Virus record (IMG/VR): IMGVR_UViG_3300029267_002792
Length of the DNA stretch: 64,000 bases
DNA from: a virus
Direction: 5' to 3' (one strand)
Below the pieces are notes generated by a model. The model did no database searches, was not told the DNA's origin, and saw only the letters and a list, made by a program, of their open reading frames with translations. Of this stretch, positions 17,114 to 27,845 are shown piece after piece (position 1 is the first letter of the stretch; the number at the start of each line of letters is the position of its first letter). The position numbers and the translations under genes were made by a program.

Positions 17114-17276
17114 GGCATGGGAACCTTGGCTGCAAGCAACCGAGCCTCAGATCCTAGAAGAGGAGTGGGACCCTGACGATCCACGACTCCTGGTGAACAT
17201 TCTGACCGACGACGCTGCCAAAGAACCTACCATCCCTCCGTGGGTGGAGTACCTGGACTCGCCAGAGCGCACCTGA
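17112..17276 (+). CDS. 54-aa acidic Trp/Pro-rich protein (below the ORF-track cutoff)
   Basis: GGAGG RBS, MAWEPWLQATEPQILEEEWDPDD...PERT-stop; fills the intergenic gap exactly. Confidence 0.45.
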   Translation: MAWEPWLQATEPQILEEEWDPDDPRLLVNILTDDAAKEPTIPPWVEYLDSPERT

Positions 17277-17278
17277 AT

Positions 17279-17824
17279 CTACCGTTCGGACGCCTTCGCA
17301 CCGATTGTTCCGACGCTGTCTTGGTATTTGGAGCCTAACCCGACCGAACCGTAGGGACGCAGCACCTTCCCATATATCGTCTCAAAACACAGCTGGCAGA
17401 TAAACATCTCCGGGTAGAGCCGAATCGCAACTCGGTTCACGTTCTTCAGCTCCAGCGTGATGTGTCCACGAAATCCTGGGTCGATAAACCCAGCCGTGAT
17501 GTGCACCGCCAACCCGAGGCGCCCCAGGGAAGATTTACCCTCCACGATCCCGACCAAGTCGTAGGGAACCTCGACCCTCTCCAGCGTACTCCCCAGCACG
17601 AACTCTCCTGGCGAGATCAGGTAGTCACCTGTGTCCGACACCACTTCGAGCCCGGCGCTCCCTTCTCGCGGGTCTAGACTGCGCCACGACTCGTAGCTCA
17701 GAATCGACTGACCGAGCCGAAGGTCGATAGACGTGGGCTGAATCGCCTTGTCACCTACCGAGGGCGCGAAAACGATCGAACCGCTCTCGATCCGTTCCCG
17801 TATAGCGCTGTCACTGAGTCTCAC
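17279..17824 (-). CDS. dcd: dCTP deaminase
   Basis: IQPTSIDLRLG, PGEFVLGSTLE, EGKSSLGRLGL, AGFIDPGFRGHITLEL, KYQD; GTG start. Confidence 0.93.
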   Translation of the reverse strand: MRLSDSAIRERIESGSIVFAPSVGDKAIQPTSIDLRLGQSILSYESWRSLDPREGSAGLEVVSDTGDYLISPGEFVLGSTLERVEVPYDLVGIVEGKSSLGRLGLAVHITAGFIDPGFRGHITLELKNVNRVAIRLYPEMFICQLCFETIYGKVLRPYGSVGLGSKYQDSVGTIGAKASER

Positions 17825-17834
17825 CGCCACCTCC

Positions 17835-18473
17835 TCATCCCTCGAACCATTCTCCCGAAGGTTCATAGCCTTTGCATTCGCGCAGGCTCCTGATCCGCCG
17901 TCGATGGTGCTGCGTGACCCCGTGTTCCCGGCAGGCCTTCCGGTGCTCCGGCGTGCCGTACCCCATGTTCCGCTCCCACCCATACTCGGGAAACTCCGAG
18001 GCGAGACTCAGCATGGCATCGTTCCGAGCTGTTTTGGCTAGAATGCTCGCGGCCATAATGGCCGGGAACTTGTCGTCCCCCTCAACCTCGAAGCGGGGCG
18101 GAGGATGGTCCTCGCGCAGGCGAGCAATGAGCTGGTCGTCGTCCGGACCGTCAATCAGAAGATTGTAGTTCGCGTCCTCCCACAGCTGCATCTTGATCGA
18201 GCGCAGCACTGTCGAGATCGCTTCCCGCCACGCGCGTCGAGGACCGCGATTGATATCCGGAACCTGTACGGCATAGACAGCCGTTGCAACAGCATGCTCT
18301 TTGATGAGGGGCACGGCCGCGCGGCGCTTGGCGTCACTCAGCTTCTTCGAGTCGCGCAGATGGCGCCCGATGGCCTGGTTGAACGGGAGGACGTCCGCGG
18401 CTACGGCGGCGACGTGGAAAGGTCCGGCCCAGGAGCCCGTCCCAGACTCATCTACTCCGACGACGTACGGCAT
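17835..18473 (-). CDS. rnhB: ribonuclease HII
   Basis: GVDESGTG, LRDSKKLS, LIDG, GDDK...AASILAK, GYGTPEH. Confidence 0.9.
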   Translation of the reverse strand: MPYVVGVDESGTGSWAGPFHVAAVAADVLPFNQAIGRHLRDSKKLSDAKRRAAVPLIKEHAVATAVYAVQVPDINRGPRRAWREAISTVLRSIKMQLWEDANYNLLIDGPDDDQLIARLREDHPPPRFEVEGDDKFPAIMAASILAKTARNDAMLSLASEFPEYGWERNMGYGTPEHRKACREHGVTQHHRRRIRSLRECKGYEPSGEWFEG

Positions 18474-19117
18474 CACTTCCCCTGGTTCTTTCGTGGCTTC
18501 CGCTGCTTCGAGTGGCGATTTGTCCACAGCGCCCACACCATAAGCTTCCTCAGTTCGGCCCCGCAGCTACCGGTCTCCCGCGCCAACTCCCGAATCTGCT
18601 GCAGCAATGACTGCACCGCATCTGACCTACCGTCTTTCTCGGCCTGGATGAGGAAGCGTGCGAGTTGTCCAAGCTTTCGCAGCCTCTCGATCTCATCTAG
18701 TGCTATATATGTGACCTCGGTGCTTATCGTTGTGCTCGGAATGGCCGGAGGCATGTACCCTTGCCAAGGAGGAGGAGGATCGGGAGGTATCGCGTCCCCT
18801 CGCAATCTCCACTCCTTGATCGGGCGCCCTCCTCCACCCCCTCCAACCGTTTTTGGCGACGCCTCGACGACAGGGATCAGTCGACCGGTTTCCTCGAATA
18901 GCTGTTTACCCGGGGCAATCGCCCCCATCCAGCGCTCATCGCTTTCCGGATCGACAGGAAGCAGCCCTTTATGGTCCATCTGCTCTCGGACGAGCCGGTT
19001 GTGTACCGCTCCCAGGGCGCGAGCAATGTCATACGCTTCGCATCGTCCTAAGGCGATAAGGTAGCCCTTGTACTTCTCCAGGAGCTGGAGCGCCTCTTCC
19101 TTTGTCTGAATCGTCAT
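18473..19117 (-). CDS. hypothetical protein
   Basis: TGATG coupling to rnhB. Confidence 0.55.
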   Translation of the reverse strand: MTIQTKEEALQLLEKYKGYLIALGRCEAYDIARALGAVHNRLVREQMDHKGLLPVDPESDERWMGAIAPGKQLFEETGRLIPVVEASPKTVGGGGGGRPIKEWRLRGDAIPPDPPPPWQGYMPPAIPSTTISTEVTYIALDEIERLRKLGQLARFLIQAEKDGRSDAVQSLLQQIRELARETGSCGAELRKLMVWALWTNRHSKQRKPRKNQGK

Positions 19118-19320
19118 CGCCCTGCCACCCCCACCTGCGTAATCCCCTCCTCGTTCACCCGCTCAATCTCGCGCCACAGGATCATTCGTATGAGAGCAGA
19201 TCGGCTGAGAGGGATGTGGCTCTCTCTGTACATCGCTACCAGCCGATCGAGGCCTTCTAGCAGGTCGGGCTCGACACGAATGAACAGAGCCTCACTGTGC
19301 TTGCGTGGCTTGGTGTTCAT
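19114..19320 (-). CDS. ribbon-helix-helix (CopG/Arc-like) regulator
   Basis: LFIRVEPDLLEGLD...LSRSALIR pattern. Confidence 0.7.
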   Translation of the reverse strand: MNTKPRKHSEALFIRVEPDLLEGLDRLVAMYRESHIPLSRSALIRMILWREIERVNEEGITQVGVAGR

Positions 19321-19326
19321 GGAGCA

Positions 19327-19361
19327 TGCATATCACTAGGATATGCACGTGTCAAGGGCAA
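19327..19361 (-). promoter_or_regulatory. promoter with overlapping inverted-repeat operator TGCATATC-N5-GATATGCA
   Basis: -35 TTGACA at 19350-19355; perfect 8-bp inverted repeat at 19327-19347. Confidence 0.6.
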
Positions 19362-19376
19362 ACTCGGGGGGGGGGC

Positions 19377-21940
19377 TTACTGCCACACGTCCGGGGCTAA
19401 CCGATACTCACTCTGGAACACGGAGTCAGTCGGCCGCGCCTCTACCCACCCCGTCACAACCAATCGGACGGTCACGACGAAGAATCGGACGCGCCCCCAC
19501 TTGAGCAGACCCCGGAGGACGCGCTCGCTCACCCAGGAGCCATCTGAGAGGGCCTCCAACAGCTGGCGGTCCCTGAGCCCTAGAAGCGCCCACGTGGGCT
19601 TGATGACCCGTTTTCGAGCCTGGGCGGGGTCGTTCCCCTCGTCCCAGTCGAGAACGTTGCGTGCGCTCCCAGTCATACGCCCGGGACCAATTTCTTCTGA
19701 ATCAGAGCCGGCGCCTGGATCTCCCATCCGGCCACTCCTTTCGGCTTCTTGGCCGTGACCTTCACCGGAACCTTTTGGTCGTACATCGCCTCCAGGGCCT
19801 CCTCCACGTGAGCTTTCAGCCCGTCCTTGACGAGGCCTGTGTACAGCTTAGGGAGGACGGCCTCGGGGTCCCGAATGTAGGCTTCCCCTGGCTCGCTCGG
19901 GTCCGTGAGCACCGTAACCACGCCACGCAAGATTGCCGCGCGCACCTTCCGATTGCCCTTCAGCCCTTTCATACCCGGATTGATGAGTTCGAGGTTCACG
20001 ACCCCGAACTGGGTCAGCGCGTGCTTCCCCTCCGAGCTGCTCAACCCGGGGTAGCTCTTCGGCTTCACAAAGTTCGGCGGCGGATCATAGAACCCTTCGG
20101 CTAGTGTCTGTCCCATGACAGCGATTGTATCCGACGCACCACGCTAAGCGGGATCGTTCGTCTCGAGAAGCTCACTGGCGCGGGGGCAGGTGCGGCGGTT
20201 ATGGCCAGGGTCCCCGCACAGGGAGCACGTCTGCACCTGGTAGTGGTCCCCTCGGCGTTCGCGGATCTTGCGCATGCGCTGATCGCGGTGGCGCTTACAG
20301 TAACAGGAGACCACGGCCTCATCTCCGCAGATGATGCAGCGGCCTTCCTCCTGCATCTTTTGCTGCCACTCTCTTTGTCTACTCGGCAATCTCTCAACCT
20401 CAGATGTGCCCCTACTATCGCACATCTTGAGGTCAAGAGCAATGTCCGAGCCAGATTTGGTATCAGGGCCTTCCATGCGCAGCAGACCACAGCTGCCGAA
20501 GGTTCGGGTAGTGGACCCACCCGTGGCGACGGTGCCACTCCTGGTAGTCCACACGACGAATCCCGTGCTTGTTGGCTCGCGACGTGTCGTGTTCGCGCAA
20601 GAACAGGACAGTATCGTCCGCAGTATCGGCCTGCTCGACCAGCTCGACGTAACGGGGACGCGTCCATCCCGAGCACCGTACGAAGTCGCCAGGCCGAACG
20701 TACACGAACGCAGCTTTCTCGCATTCCAGGAGCCTCTGAGGGTCGCACAGGTACGGTGATCCGGATGCGGGCGGGGCGCTCACAGGCTCCCCTTCCGGCA
20801 GCGCGGCGTCCGGGTTCTCGACGCTCGTGATAAGGGTAGGCTCGTTTCCGATCATGTCATCCTCCTTGCGGGCACGCTGCCCGCATCCGTCAGGCTTGGG
20901 GGACGTTCCCCTTACCAAGAATCGATTCCACGTGGGCTTTCAGCTCTACAGCCGCTTCCTCGGAGCTGCTGAGGGCCTTGACCACGTCATCCCCGAAGGT
21001 CCCGATCAAGTCCGCCTGGGCCACCTCGCCACCCTCTCGGACGATCTGTGCCCGTGCAAGCTCCACGAAGCCCGATGCCGGCATTCCGAACTCGACCGCC
21101 AGGCGTGCGCCCATCCGCACACACCGCTCGATCGTCTTCCCCGCGGCGGCGATGCGGAGAGGCTCCGGGGAAGCCAAGACACCGAGTGCCAGCCTCACCA
21201 CGAGCTGCTGCAGTGGCCACGTGCTGTTCTGCTTCAGATGCTTGAAAGGCCATTCCATGTCACCCTCCTTCAGGGAACATCCCTGATCGATACAACCACC
21301 CTACCAGATAGATGTGGGGTTGTCAATAACAAACACGGATTTTGTTGTGCTGCCAAATCCTGCGTATCACCTGAGCTTCGACCCGGCACACCGCTTCCTC
21401 TGCCCGAGCTATCTCGTCTGGCAAGTAGCATGCCCGGACTAGGTGAGAGAGGTGTGTAGCATTGCTACTTGCGTCCGCCTGAAATCTCAACCACGCGGTC
21501 GGGTACTTAGGCCCGATCTGGCTCAGCCTCTCATACCTATCGCGACCGCGCTGGTAGACAGCGATGTACAGCATCAGCACCACGAGGAACTGCAACCTGG
21601 AGAGATCGAGTGGGAGTGGCTGCCGGAGGCGCAGGCCAAGATGCAGCTCCGAGAAGTAATAGGAATGCGTTCGGATTGACAGATCGGAAGTGTAGGGCAG
21701 CAGACACACATACTGTCGCAGATGGACCTGGCGTAGCCGCTCAACCACTGCCGGAAGTTTGCTCGCTACCTCAGGCGGAGAGTCAGGAACAGCCGCTAGC
21801 ACTTCCGGATATGCAACCTCATTCAAATACAGACACGACTCAGCCTGCCTATTCACATAATCCGATTCCGATTGAATCGTACGGAAGGCCCACATTCGCG
21901 GAGAAGGGAGGACCTCACACAACACCACGTCATCCAACAT
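19377..21940 (-). other. cluster of early hypothetical CDS (19377-19676, 19673-20116, 20144-about 20356 Zn knuckle, 20463-20855, 20890-21258, 21323-21940)
   Basis: RBS-bearing ORFs; CSLCGDPGHNRRTC CCHC knuckle; promoters at about 20431 and 21321. Confidence 0.5.
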
Positions 21941-22235
21941 ATCTACCTCCGCTCCGCTCACGACGGTACCGTGCATCCAACACGTGCCGTCGGCACATTA
22001 CCTCCTGCATCGCCAGCACCCCTCGCTCACGCGCGCTCATCTTGGGACGGGTGCAGAAGTAGGGGATGAGCCCGAGATCGATCAGCTGACCGATCATGAA
22101 CAGGCCGCCCGTCAGGAACCACAAGAGCCCCGTCACCCAGCGCCCGGTGTAGAGGCGATGAAGGCCACAGAAGCCGACGAAGCATGAGGCCCATGCCAGG
22201 TAACCGAAGAACAGATCGCGCTGTCCGATCATCAA
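21930..22235 (-). CDS. TM2 (NINE) domain membrane protein
   Basis: GFCGLHRLYTGRWVTGLLWFLTGGLFMIGQLIDL signature. Confidence 0.85.
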   Translation of the reverse strand: MMIGQRDLFFGYLAWASCFVGFCGLHRLYTGRWVTGLLWFLTGGLFMIGQLIDLGLIPYFCTRPKMSARERGVLAMQEVMCRRHVLDARYRRERSGGRYVG

Positions 22236-23097
22236 CGACCTCCCTCGATGCGTTCCACCTCACACTCCTCGCCCATGTAGCACCAGTAGCGTGAGTTGTT
22301 GGGCCAACCAAAACGAAGACCCTTCTCCACATCATTGGTTAGGCACACTCGCACCGGACACTCCGGGTCCGGCGGATCGACGCGGAACCGATCTCCCGGC
22401 CTCAGTTCTTTCGCCTTCATGACCCCTCCAGCTCCCGAATGACGGCGACGGCGTGCACGTAATCTCTGGAACGTTCCTGGCCAACGCAGAGCCACCGGCG
22501 GTTCTCCGGCGTAGTATCGATCTGCACGTATCGTTTGGGAGCTGACACCCAGTCGTACTGCTCGCCGATCACGCCCGTGACAGCCACGAACCCGAAGTAT
22601 TTGCTCCGCCGGTCGTGTTCCCGGCGAATGGCGACAGCCAAGACCGGCGTCCCTACCGGGAACTCGCAGGCCGCTCGAAGACCGTTCCTCACCGCTGGGG
22701 AGAGAGGACGACGATAAACGGTATCGAGATCCCACTCACCGTTCTCCGGGAAATACCGCTGAGTCTTCGGCACGAAGTTATTCGCAGGCATCTACCACCC
22801 GCCCTTCTCGCCAGCCCACCCACTGATCTGCTCCCAGCCCGAGCCCCCGTACATCGGGCAGGCGCTGTACCGGTCGTGAGGGTTACTGGTGAACCCTCGG
22901 ACGCGCTTCACAGGGAGACGGGGAACGAACTTCAGCCCGTACCGCTCCAGCTCCTTGCGAATGATTTGAAGCCGCAAGTGCGTTGCGCGGTTGAGCTGCT
23001 GCATGTCCGCCGTCGTGAAGATCTCCCGCTCGTCATCAATGCAGTACTCGACGAACGACTCGATCGATCTGTACTCTGGGAAGATTGGTCCGGTCAT
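22232..23097 (-). other. three small hypothetical CDS (22232-22420, 22417-22791, 22792-23097)
   Basis: ATGA-type coupling. Confidence 0.5.
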
Positions 23098-23438
23098 ACC
23101 ATCACCTGCATCGATCTCACTGGACCCCCACACTGGGGGCAACAGGGATCGCCGTCTGCGTCCCGGGCACACTCAGCCGAGGGGTCCATCTCGGCGTTCC
23201 AGCGGCACCGTTCGTCCGCGGCCTCGATCGCTCGGACGTGCTTGCAAGTACCTCGGAATTTGTGCCCCACACATGTGCACTGCCATCCACACTGAACATT
23301 CTTTTTCAACACAACCGACTCCGGAAGACGGCCCCAGTGCAGCACGTAACGGTCACCTCGCGACCCCGTGATTCGTATCTCCGAGTAGAAATTGGAGGCG
23401 CACACCCAGGCCGTCTCGACGGTGAAGTCGGGCATCAT
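23094..23438 (-). CDS. SWIM zinc-finger protein
   Basis: GSRGDRY...WQCTC...FRGTCKH. Confidence 0.75.
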   Translation of the reverse strand: MMPDFTVETAWVCASNFYSEIRITGSRGDRYVLHWGRLPESVVLKKNVQCGWQCTCVGHKFRGTCKHVRAIEAADERCRWNAEMDPSAECARDADGDPCCPQCGGPVRSMQVMV

Positions 23439-24363
23439 GCCACCCCTGCCAACCTTGGGCGGTTCCGGCAGTAGCTGCGCAGAACACACTTCCCGGTGTC
23501 CGGGTAGATCGGAGAGCCGCAGGTGCAATGCGACCCCTTCAAACGTGCCCGATGCATTTGGTTTGCCAACCGATACATAGCCGTCGCTCGCTCGTGTATG
23601 CGACCAAAAATCGCCTCCGTCGTCCCGGCCCGGTGGACCCGCTTTGCCTTAGCAAGGCCCAATCTCCCGTCATTCCTCCTATAATTATAGTGCTTTTGCA
23701 CCGCACGCACCTGATCCGACTCGCACACGAGGCATACGCGGATGGCATCCTTACCCCGCTTCCGGGCGCTCTCACCCCCAGGGGAGCACGACGTGTAGAC
23801 CACCACGAGGAGGTTTGGATCGCCATGGTGTTGACGCTCGTAGACGACCTCGTGACCGTCCTTGGTCGCGATCGTCGTGCGTACAAACCCGAGCCCTTCC
23901 AAGAACGTAAAGAGGGCCGCGGCGTCGATTGCGTTGTACGTCGCCGCCATGGCTAAGACCTCTCCTCGAGAACCACATCCCCGATCTTGAACGGGACCAT
24001 GTTGCCCGTCCGCGTACGCACAACGGACTCGTAGCCGTTGATCTCCATATTGCTGAGGAGAATGGAATACGTCTTCGGATTACGAGCCACCATCGCCCGC
24101 ACCTCGGCGAGACCCACAACAGCAGCCGGAGGCATGTAGTAGGTAGGTCCAATGTCCACCACCTTGCGATTGACCTCCACCGCCTCGCCCGCCTCAGTCG
24201 TCGCGCGCTCATAGCACTCGTCGTAGAACTGGAAGCAGCAGCAGTACGCGGGACACATCTCGCGCGCCATCTCGGGATCTCGAGAAGGTACGTCCTTGAT
24301 CACCATTTCCGGAAAAAACCGCCGCATATCGAAAAACCGAACCTTGCCCCGTCGGTGGTACAT
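23435..24363 (-). other. two hypothetical CDS (23435-23950, 23953-24363)
   Basis: Below promoter 24404-24432. Confidence 0.55.
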
Positions 24364-24500
24364 CGCTCATCCTCCTTGGCCGATGTTTCGGCCATCTACA
24401 GACAGGCTACCTGATCCCCAAGGACTTGTCAAGAGCAAACGTGAAGAAATCGCAGCAGCGTACAATGGACGTCGAGTCCGAGGGTTGGTACAGTCGGCGG

Positions 24501-24875
24501 ATGCTAGTCGTTGGGCGGCACGTGCTTGTGGACGTCTGGGACGCCAACCCGAAAACTCTCAACGAGGAGGGAGTCGTAGCCGAAGCGCTCCGAGCAGCCT
24601 GCCTCGAAGCTGAAGCCGCCGTCCTCCACACCTGGTCCCACGCGTTTGAACCGCAAGGTGTCACAGCCGTCGTTGGGCTCGCAGAATCCCACGCCTCGAT
24701 TCACACCTACCCAGAGTGGGGGTACTACGCTGCCGACATCTTCACCTGCGGGAACCTCGACCCTCGCCAGGCCATGACTAGCCTGGTCCGAAGACTCGGA
24801 GGTCATGGGAGGGGATGGTACATAGAACGAGGTGAGTGGAGAGAACCGCTCATGTTCATGTGCACCGCTCAATAG
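24501..24875 (+). CDS. speD: S-adenosylmethionine decarboxylase proenzyme
   Basis: GRHVLVD, FEPQGVT, LAESHASIHTYPE (pyruvoyl cleavage E-S), DIFTCG. Confidence 0.92.
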   Translation: MLVVGRHVLVDVWDANPKTLNEEGVVAEALRAACLEAEAAVLHTWSHAFEPQGVTAVVGLAESHASIHTYPEWGYYAADIFTCGNLDPRQAMTSLVRRLGGHGRGWYIERGEWREPLMFMCTAQ

Positions 24876-25405
24876 GCCCGACACTCCCAGATGCACATCG
24901 TGCGCCCCAGCTCCCCTACTGGGCACCCAAACACGCTGAACTCAACTACGTGATCCTCGTAGGCGTCAAGCAAACTCATCAGCTCGTCGTAGTCTCGGGG
25001 ATCGAGAAAGTGCTGTAGCAACACCAGCGCCCGAACCCCGTTCACCTCCTTGGCGTTCCGCAAGGCAGTCCGGAGGTCGGTCCTCTCTGTGGACCAACGC
25101 AGATCGAGCCCATGCAACCCGCGCCGCACTTCCCCTTGGAAAATGCACAGCCAATCCGGAGCCGACTCGCAGTAGATAAAGTCGCCCGGCTGACAGCCCT
25201 CGAAGCATAACCTCCCTTGACGAATGGTCTCGGCGTGCGTCATCCCGTGACGAAACGTCACCCCTGGCTTCTTGCAGCGGAGGCTGGACCGCCCTTTGAA
25301 CCCTGAAGCTAGATAGTCCGCCTCCGAGTTCCAGGTGCGAAGAGCGTTCCCGAGTTTTCCCCGCTGAAGCAACTCGTACATCTTGGTCTTGTTCGTGATT
25401 GGCAT
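24869..25405 (-). CDS. conserved phage hypothetical protein
   Basis: Protein-like ORF; start and RBS plausible. Confidence 0.55.
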   Translation of the reverse strand: MPITNKTKMYELLQRGKLGNALRTWNSEADYLASGFKGRSSLRCKKPGVTFRHGMTHAETIRQGRLCFEGCQPGDFIYCESAPDWLCIFQGEVRRGLHGLDLRWSTERTDLRTALRNAKEVNGVRALVLLQHFLDPRDYDELMSLLDAYEDHVVEFSVFGCPVGELGRTMCIWECRAY

Positions 25406-25448
25406 CGGAGCAGTCCTAGGGTTGAATTGGTGTGGAGAGAAGAAAGGG

Positions 25449-26360
25449 CTACGCCCCCTTCTTCTTCGCGGGGGCGGCCTTGGCAGTCTTCACAACGTCC
25501 GACAGACCACTGATCGACTTCGCATCGCGAAGCCCGATGGCGAACGCTACGCCAGCCACAAAATCCTCGGACAGAACATCCTCGTGCACCTGCCGCTTCT
25601 CGACGATGTACCGGAGCACCTTCTTAGGGGGAGCGATGCTCGGATCTTGACCTTTCGCCCGCTTCGCCGCCTTCGCCGTGTCCTTCGCTGTAGGAGGCTT
25701 CCCCGTCTCTTTGCTCGCTTCCATGAGAATGTCGAGCTGTGTCTTCTGCTCAGTCGGAGGGAGAGTGTGGAGCTGTGCGGCAGCACTGGCCGACACCTTG
25801 CCCGCCTCCACCGCCTGCTTTACGGACTCACTGAGCGACAGCATCTGAGACCAGACCGTGATCGACTTAGGTGTGACACCAAAAGCCATGGCGATCTCTT
25901 CTGCGGTGAGGCCCCGATCCTTCAAGCGCTGAGCTTTCCGGGCCTTCACCAGCAGAGTATCAGCGTGGTTGAACTCGTTCGTGCTGATCCCGATCAGCAT
26001 ATGCAGCTGCTCTTCGCCACCCTGCTGAACAACCGGAACACGAATCGGTGGCTCGCCCACCTGAATTAGTCGCTTGTTCGCGGCCCGAGCGGCGCGCACC
26101 CGCTGCCGCCCGTCGATTACATACCCCTTGCCATCGATCTTGGTTATGAGAACATTCTTCTTCACCCCCAGCGTCATCACGTTGAGAATGAACTCCTCGC
26201 TCAGCGGCAGCTTCACGCGCTCGTCGTAGAGGTGGTGAACGTTCCCGTCACTGTCACGACCGGGCACATCATTAGGCCCATCGCCGCCCACGATGACCAG
26301 CTTCTCAGGCTCCAAATGAAACCCGTGAAGCCGTGGTCCGGAAAACGCCTGTCCTCCCAT
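25449..26360 (-). CDS. ParB/Spo0J-like N-terminal domain protein with HTH
   Basis: YDERVKLP, VIDGRQRVRAA, EEIAMAFGVTPKSITVW HTH. Confidence 0.8.
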   Translation of the reverse strand: MGGQAFSGPRLHGFHLEPEKLVIVGGDGPNDVPGRDSDGNVHHLYDERVKLPLSEEFILNVMTLGVKKNVLITKIDGKGYVIDGRQRVRAARAANKRLIQVGEPPIRVPVVQQGGEEQLHMLIGISTNEFNHADTLLVKARKAQRLKDRGLTAEEIAMAFGVTPKSITVWSQMLSLSESVKQAVEAGKVSASAAAQLHTLPPTEQKTQLDILMEASKETGKPPTAKDTAKAAKRAKGQDPSIAPPKKVLRYIVEKRQVHEDVLSEDFVAGVAFAIGLRDAKSISGLSDVVKTAKAAPAKKKGA

Positions 26361-26439
26361 CGTCTCTCTCCTTCCCTGCCCCAGAGCGGGGGCTCCCGTC
26401 CAAGAATCTGATCAGCCTTACCAGCTAGCCAGAAGATTG

Positions 26440-27230
26440 TCAAACGAATACCCAGCGCGACTTCCTCCTAGGGCGCCCGTCGGCCTTTTTCACGTGCCCT
26501 TCCCTCGCCAGCTCCCGAAGGGCTCGATCAGCGCGTCGCCAGCATCGGCCACAGACCTCGAGAGCGTCCGAAGCGTCGATGAAACCGCGGTCTCGTAGTT
26601 CCAGGAGTAGGTGGGCGTCAGGGCTCATCTAGCCGTACACTACTCCGCCGAGAAGTGCGCACTGGAGGAACACGTCGGCAGTACTCGCATCCTCAGACTC
26701 GTCCATGAAATCAGCCCAGTGCTGGGGCCATTCCTGAGCCATCAGACGCAATCCGCGCTTGATAGCTTCGCGGTCCAGGATCAAAGTCCCGGGGTCCTCG
26801 ACCGCCTCGTCCACGACTCGGCAGCGTACGGCACCGCCAGTCAGGGGGTAGTCGATATGGCGGTAGATCGTCTCATCGCCCAGCACGCTGCGAGGGTCAT
26901 CAGGCTTTACGTAGCCTACGATCTGGCACCAGTAGCCCACGCCGCCCTCAAAGGCCGCGCTGAGCAGATAGGCGATACGCTTGTCGGTCACATCGACCGT
27001 GATTGCAATCTTCATGAGGGCACCTCTACTTGAGACCCAGCTCGGAGAGCAGGTCTGTGTGACGCACGCTCTCCAGGATCACCCCGTCCTGGAAGTCACT
27101 CGGGTCCAAGGCCATGATGCTCTCAGCGAGGGCCTCCAGCTCGGTGGAGGTAGTGGTAGTGGTTTCGTCTTGAAAGTTCTCCATGATCATCTCCTTCGCG
27201 GTAGTTCCGCGATCCGTTGACTCCAGCATG
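26440..27230 (-). other. small hypothetical CDS (26440-26628, 26629-27015, 27026-about 27230)
   Basis: ORF track; below promoter 27225-27253. Confidence 0.5.
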
Positions 27231-27420
27231 CCGGAGGGTCCGACTCGTGTCAAGAGCAAACGAAAGTCCTTGCGCATTTTTGTAGGTTGATGTAGGATAG
27301 TGTGTGACTATGTGGGAGGGCACATGACGCCGCAGAGACTGAAAGAAGCAGAGTACGCACTACTCCGACTCTGGGACCAGGCAGTCGGCACGCCGGGTTA
27401 CGACAAGAAGCAGTTCATCC

Positions 27421-27807
27421 TCATCCAGTCTGCGATTCTGACGGCTCGTGAGCTTCTCTCAAAGCAAGCGGGAGTGACGAGAGCAGCCGCTCAGCGTCGG
27501 GGCCAAACGCAATGGCGGTGACTGCGCCATTCGCTACCCCCGGCTCGGAAAACTCGGACATGGTGAGGTTCCGAGCACGAGCGCGCTCAGCCAGGGCTGT
27601 GATGTCTTCGCCGTCGATCTCGAGGAGCACGATGGTGTTGGACTCCCTGTACCAGCGGTCTTCAATGTAGGGATGCTCCGAGGCAAAACGGCGTAGGGCG
27701 TGGAACATCTGAGCGACGCGCAGTCCTGGGGGAAGATCGTGCCTCCCCACCACGAATAGTTTGGCATATGCCGCAGCATGGGCTCGAACCATGTCCTCCC
27801 GGCTCAT
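27421..27807 (-). CDS. peptidyl-tRNA hydrolase type 2 (PTH2)-like protein
   Basis: KLFVVGRHDLPPGLRVAQMFHA, TIVLLE, FSEPGVANGAVTAIAFGP, LSSLPL match the PTH2 fold pattern. Confidence 0.7.
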   Translation of the reverse strand: MSREDMVRAHAAAYAKLFVVGRHDLPPGLRVAQMFHALRRFASEHPYIEDRWYRESNTIVLLEIDGEDITALAERARARNLTMSEFSEPGVANGAVTAIAFGPDAERLLSSLPLALREAHEPSESQTG

Positions 27808-27845
27808 TAGACCGGGTGTGCCACCAGGAACACCTCTGCGGCGGG

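Noticed and set aside
27300-27521. Plus-strand 73-aa ORF
   Set aside because: It overlaps the PTH2-like gene by about 100 bp. It may be real, but is unsupported.
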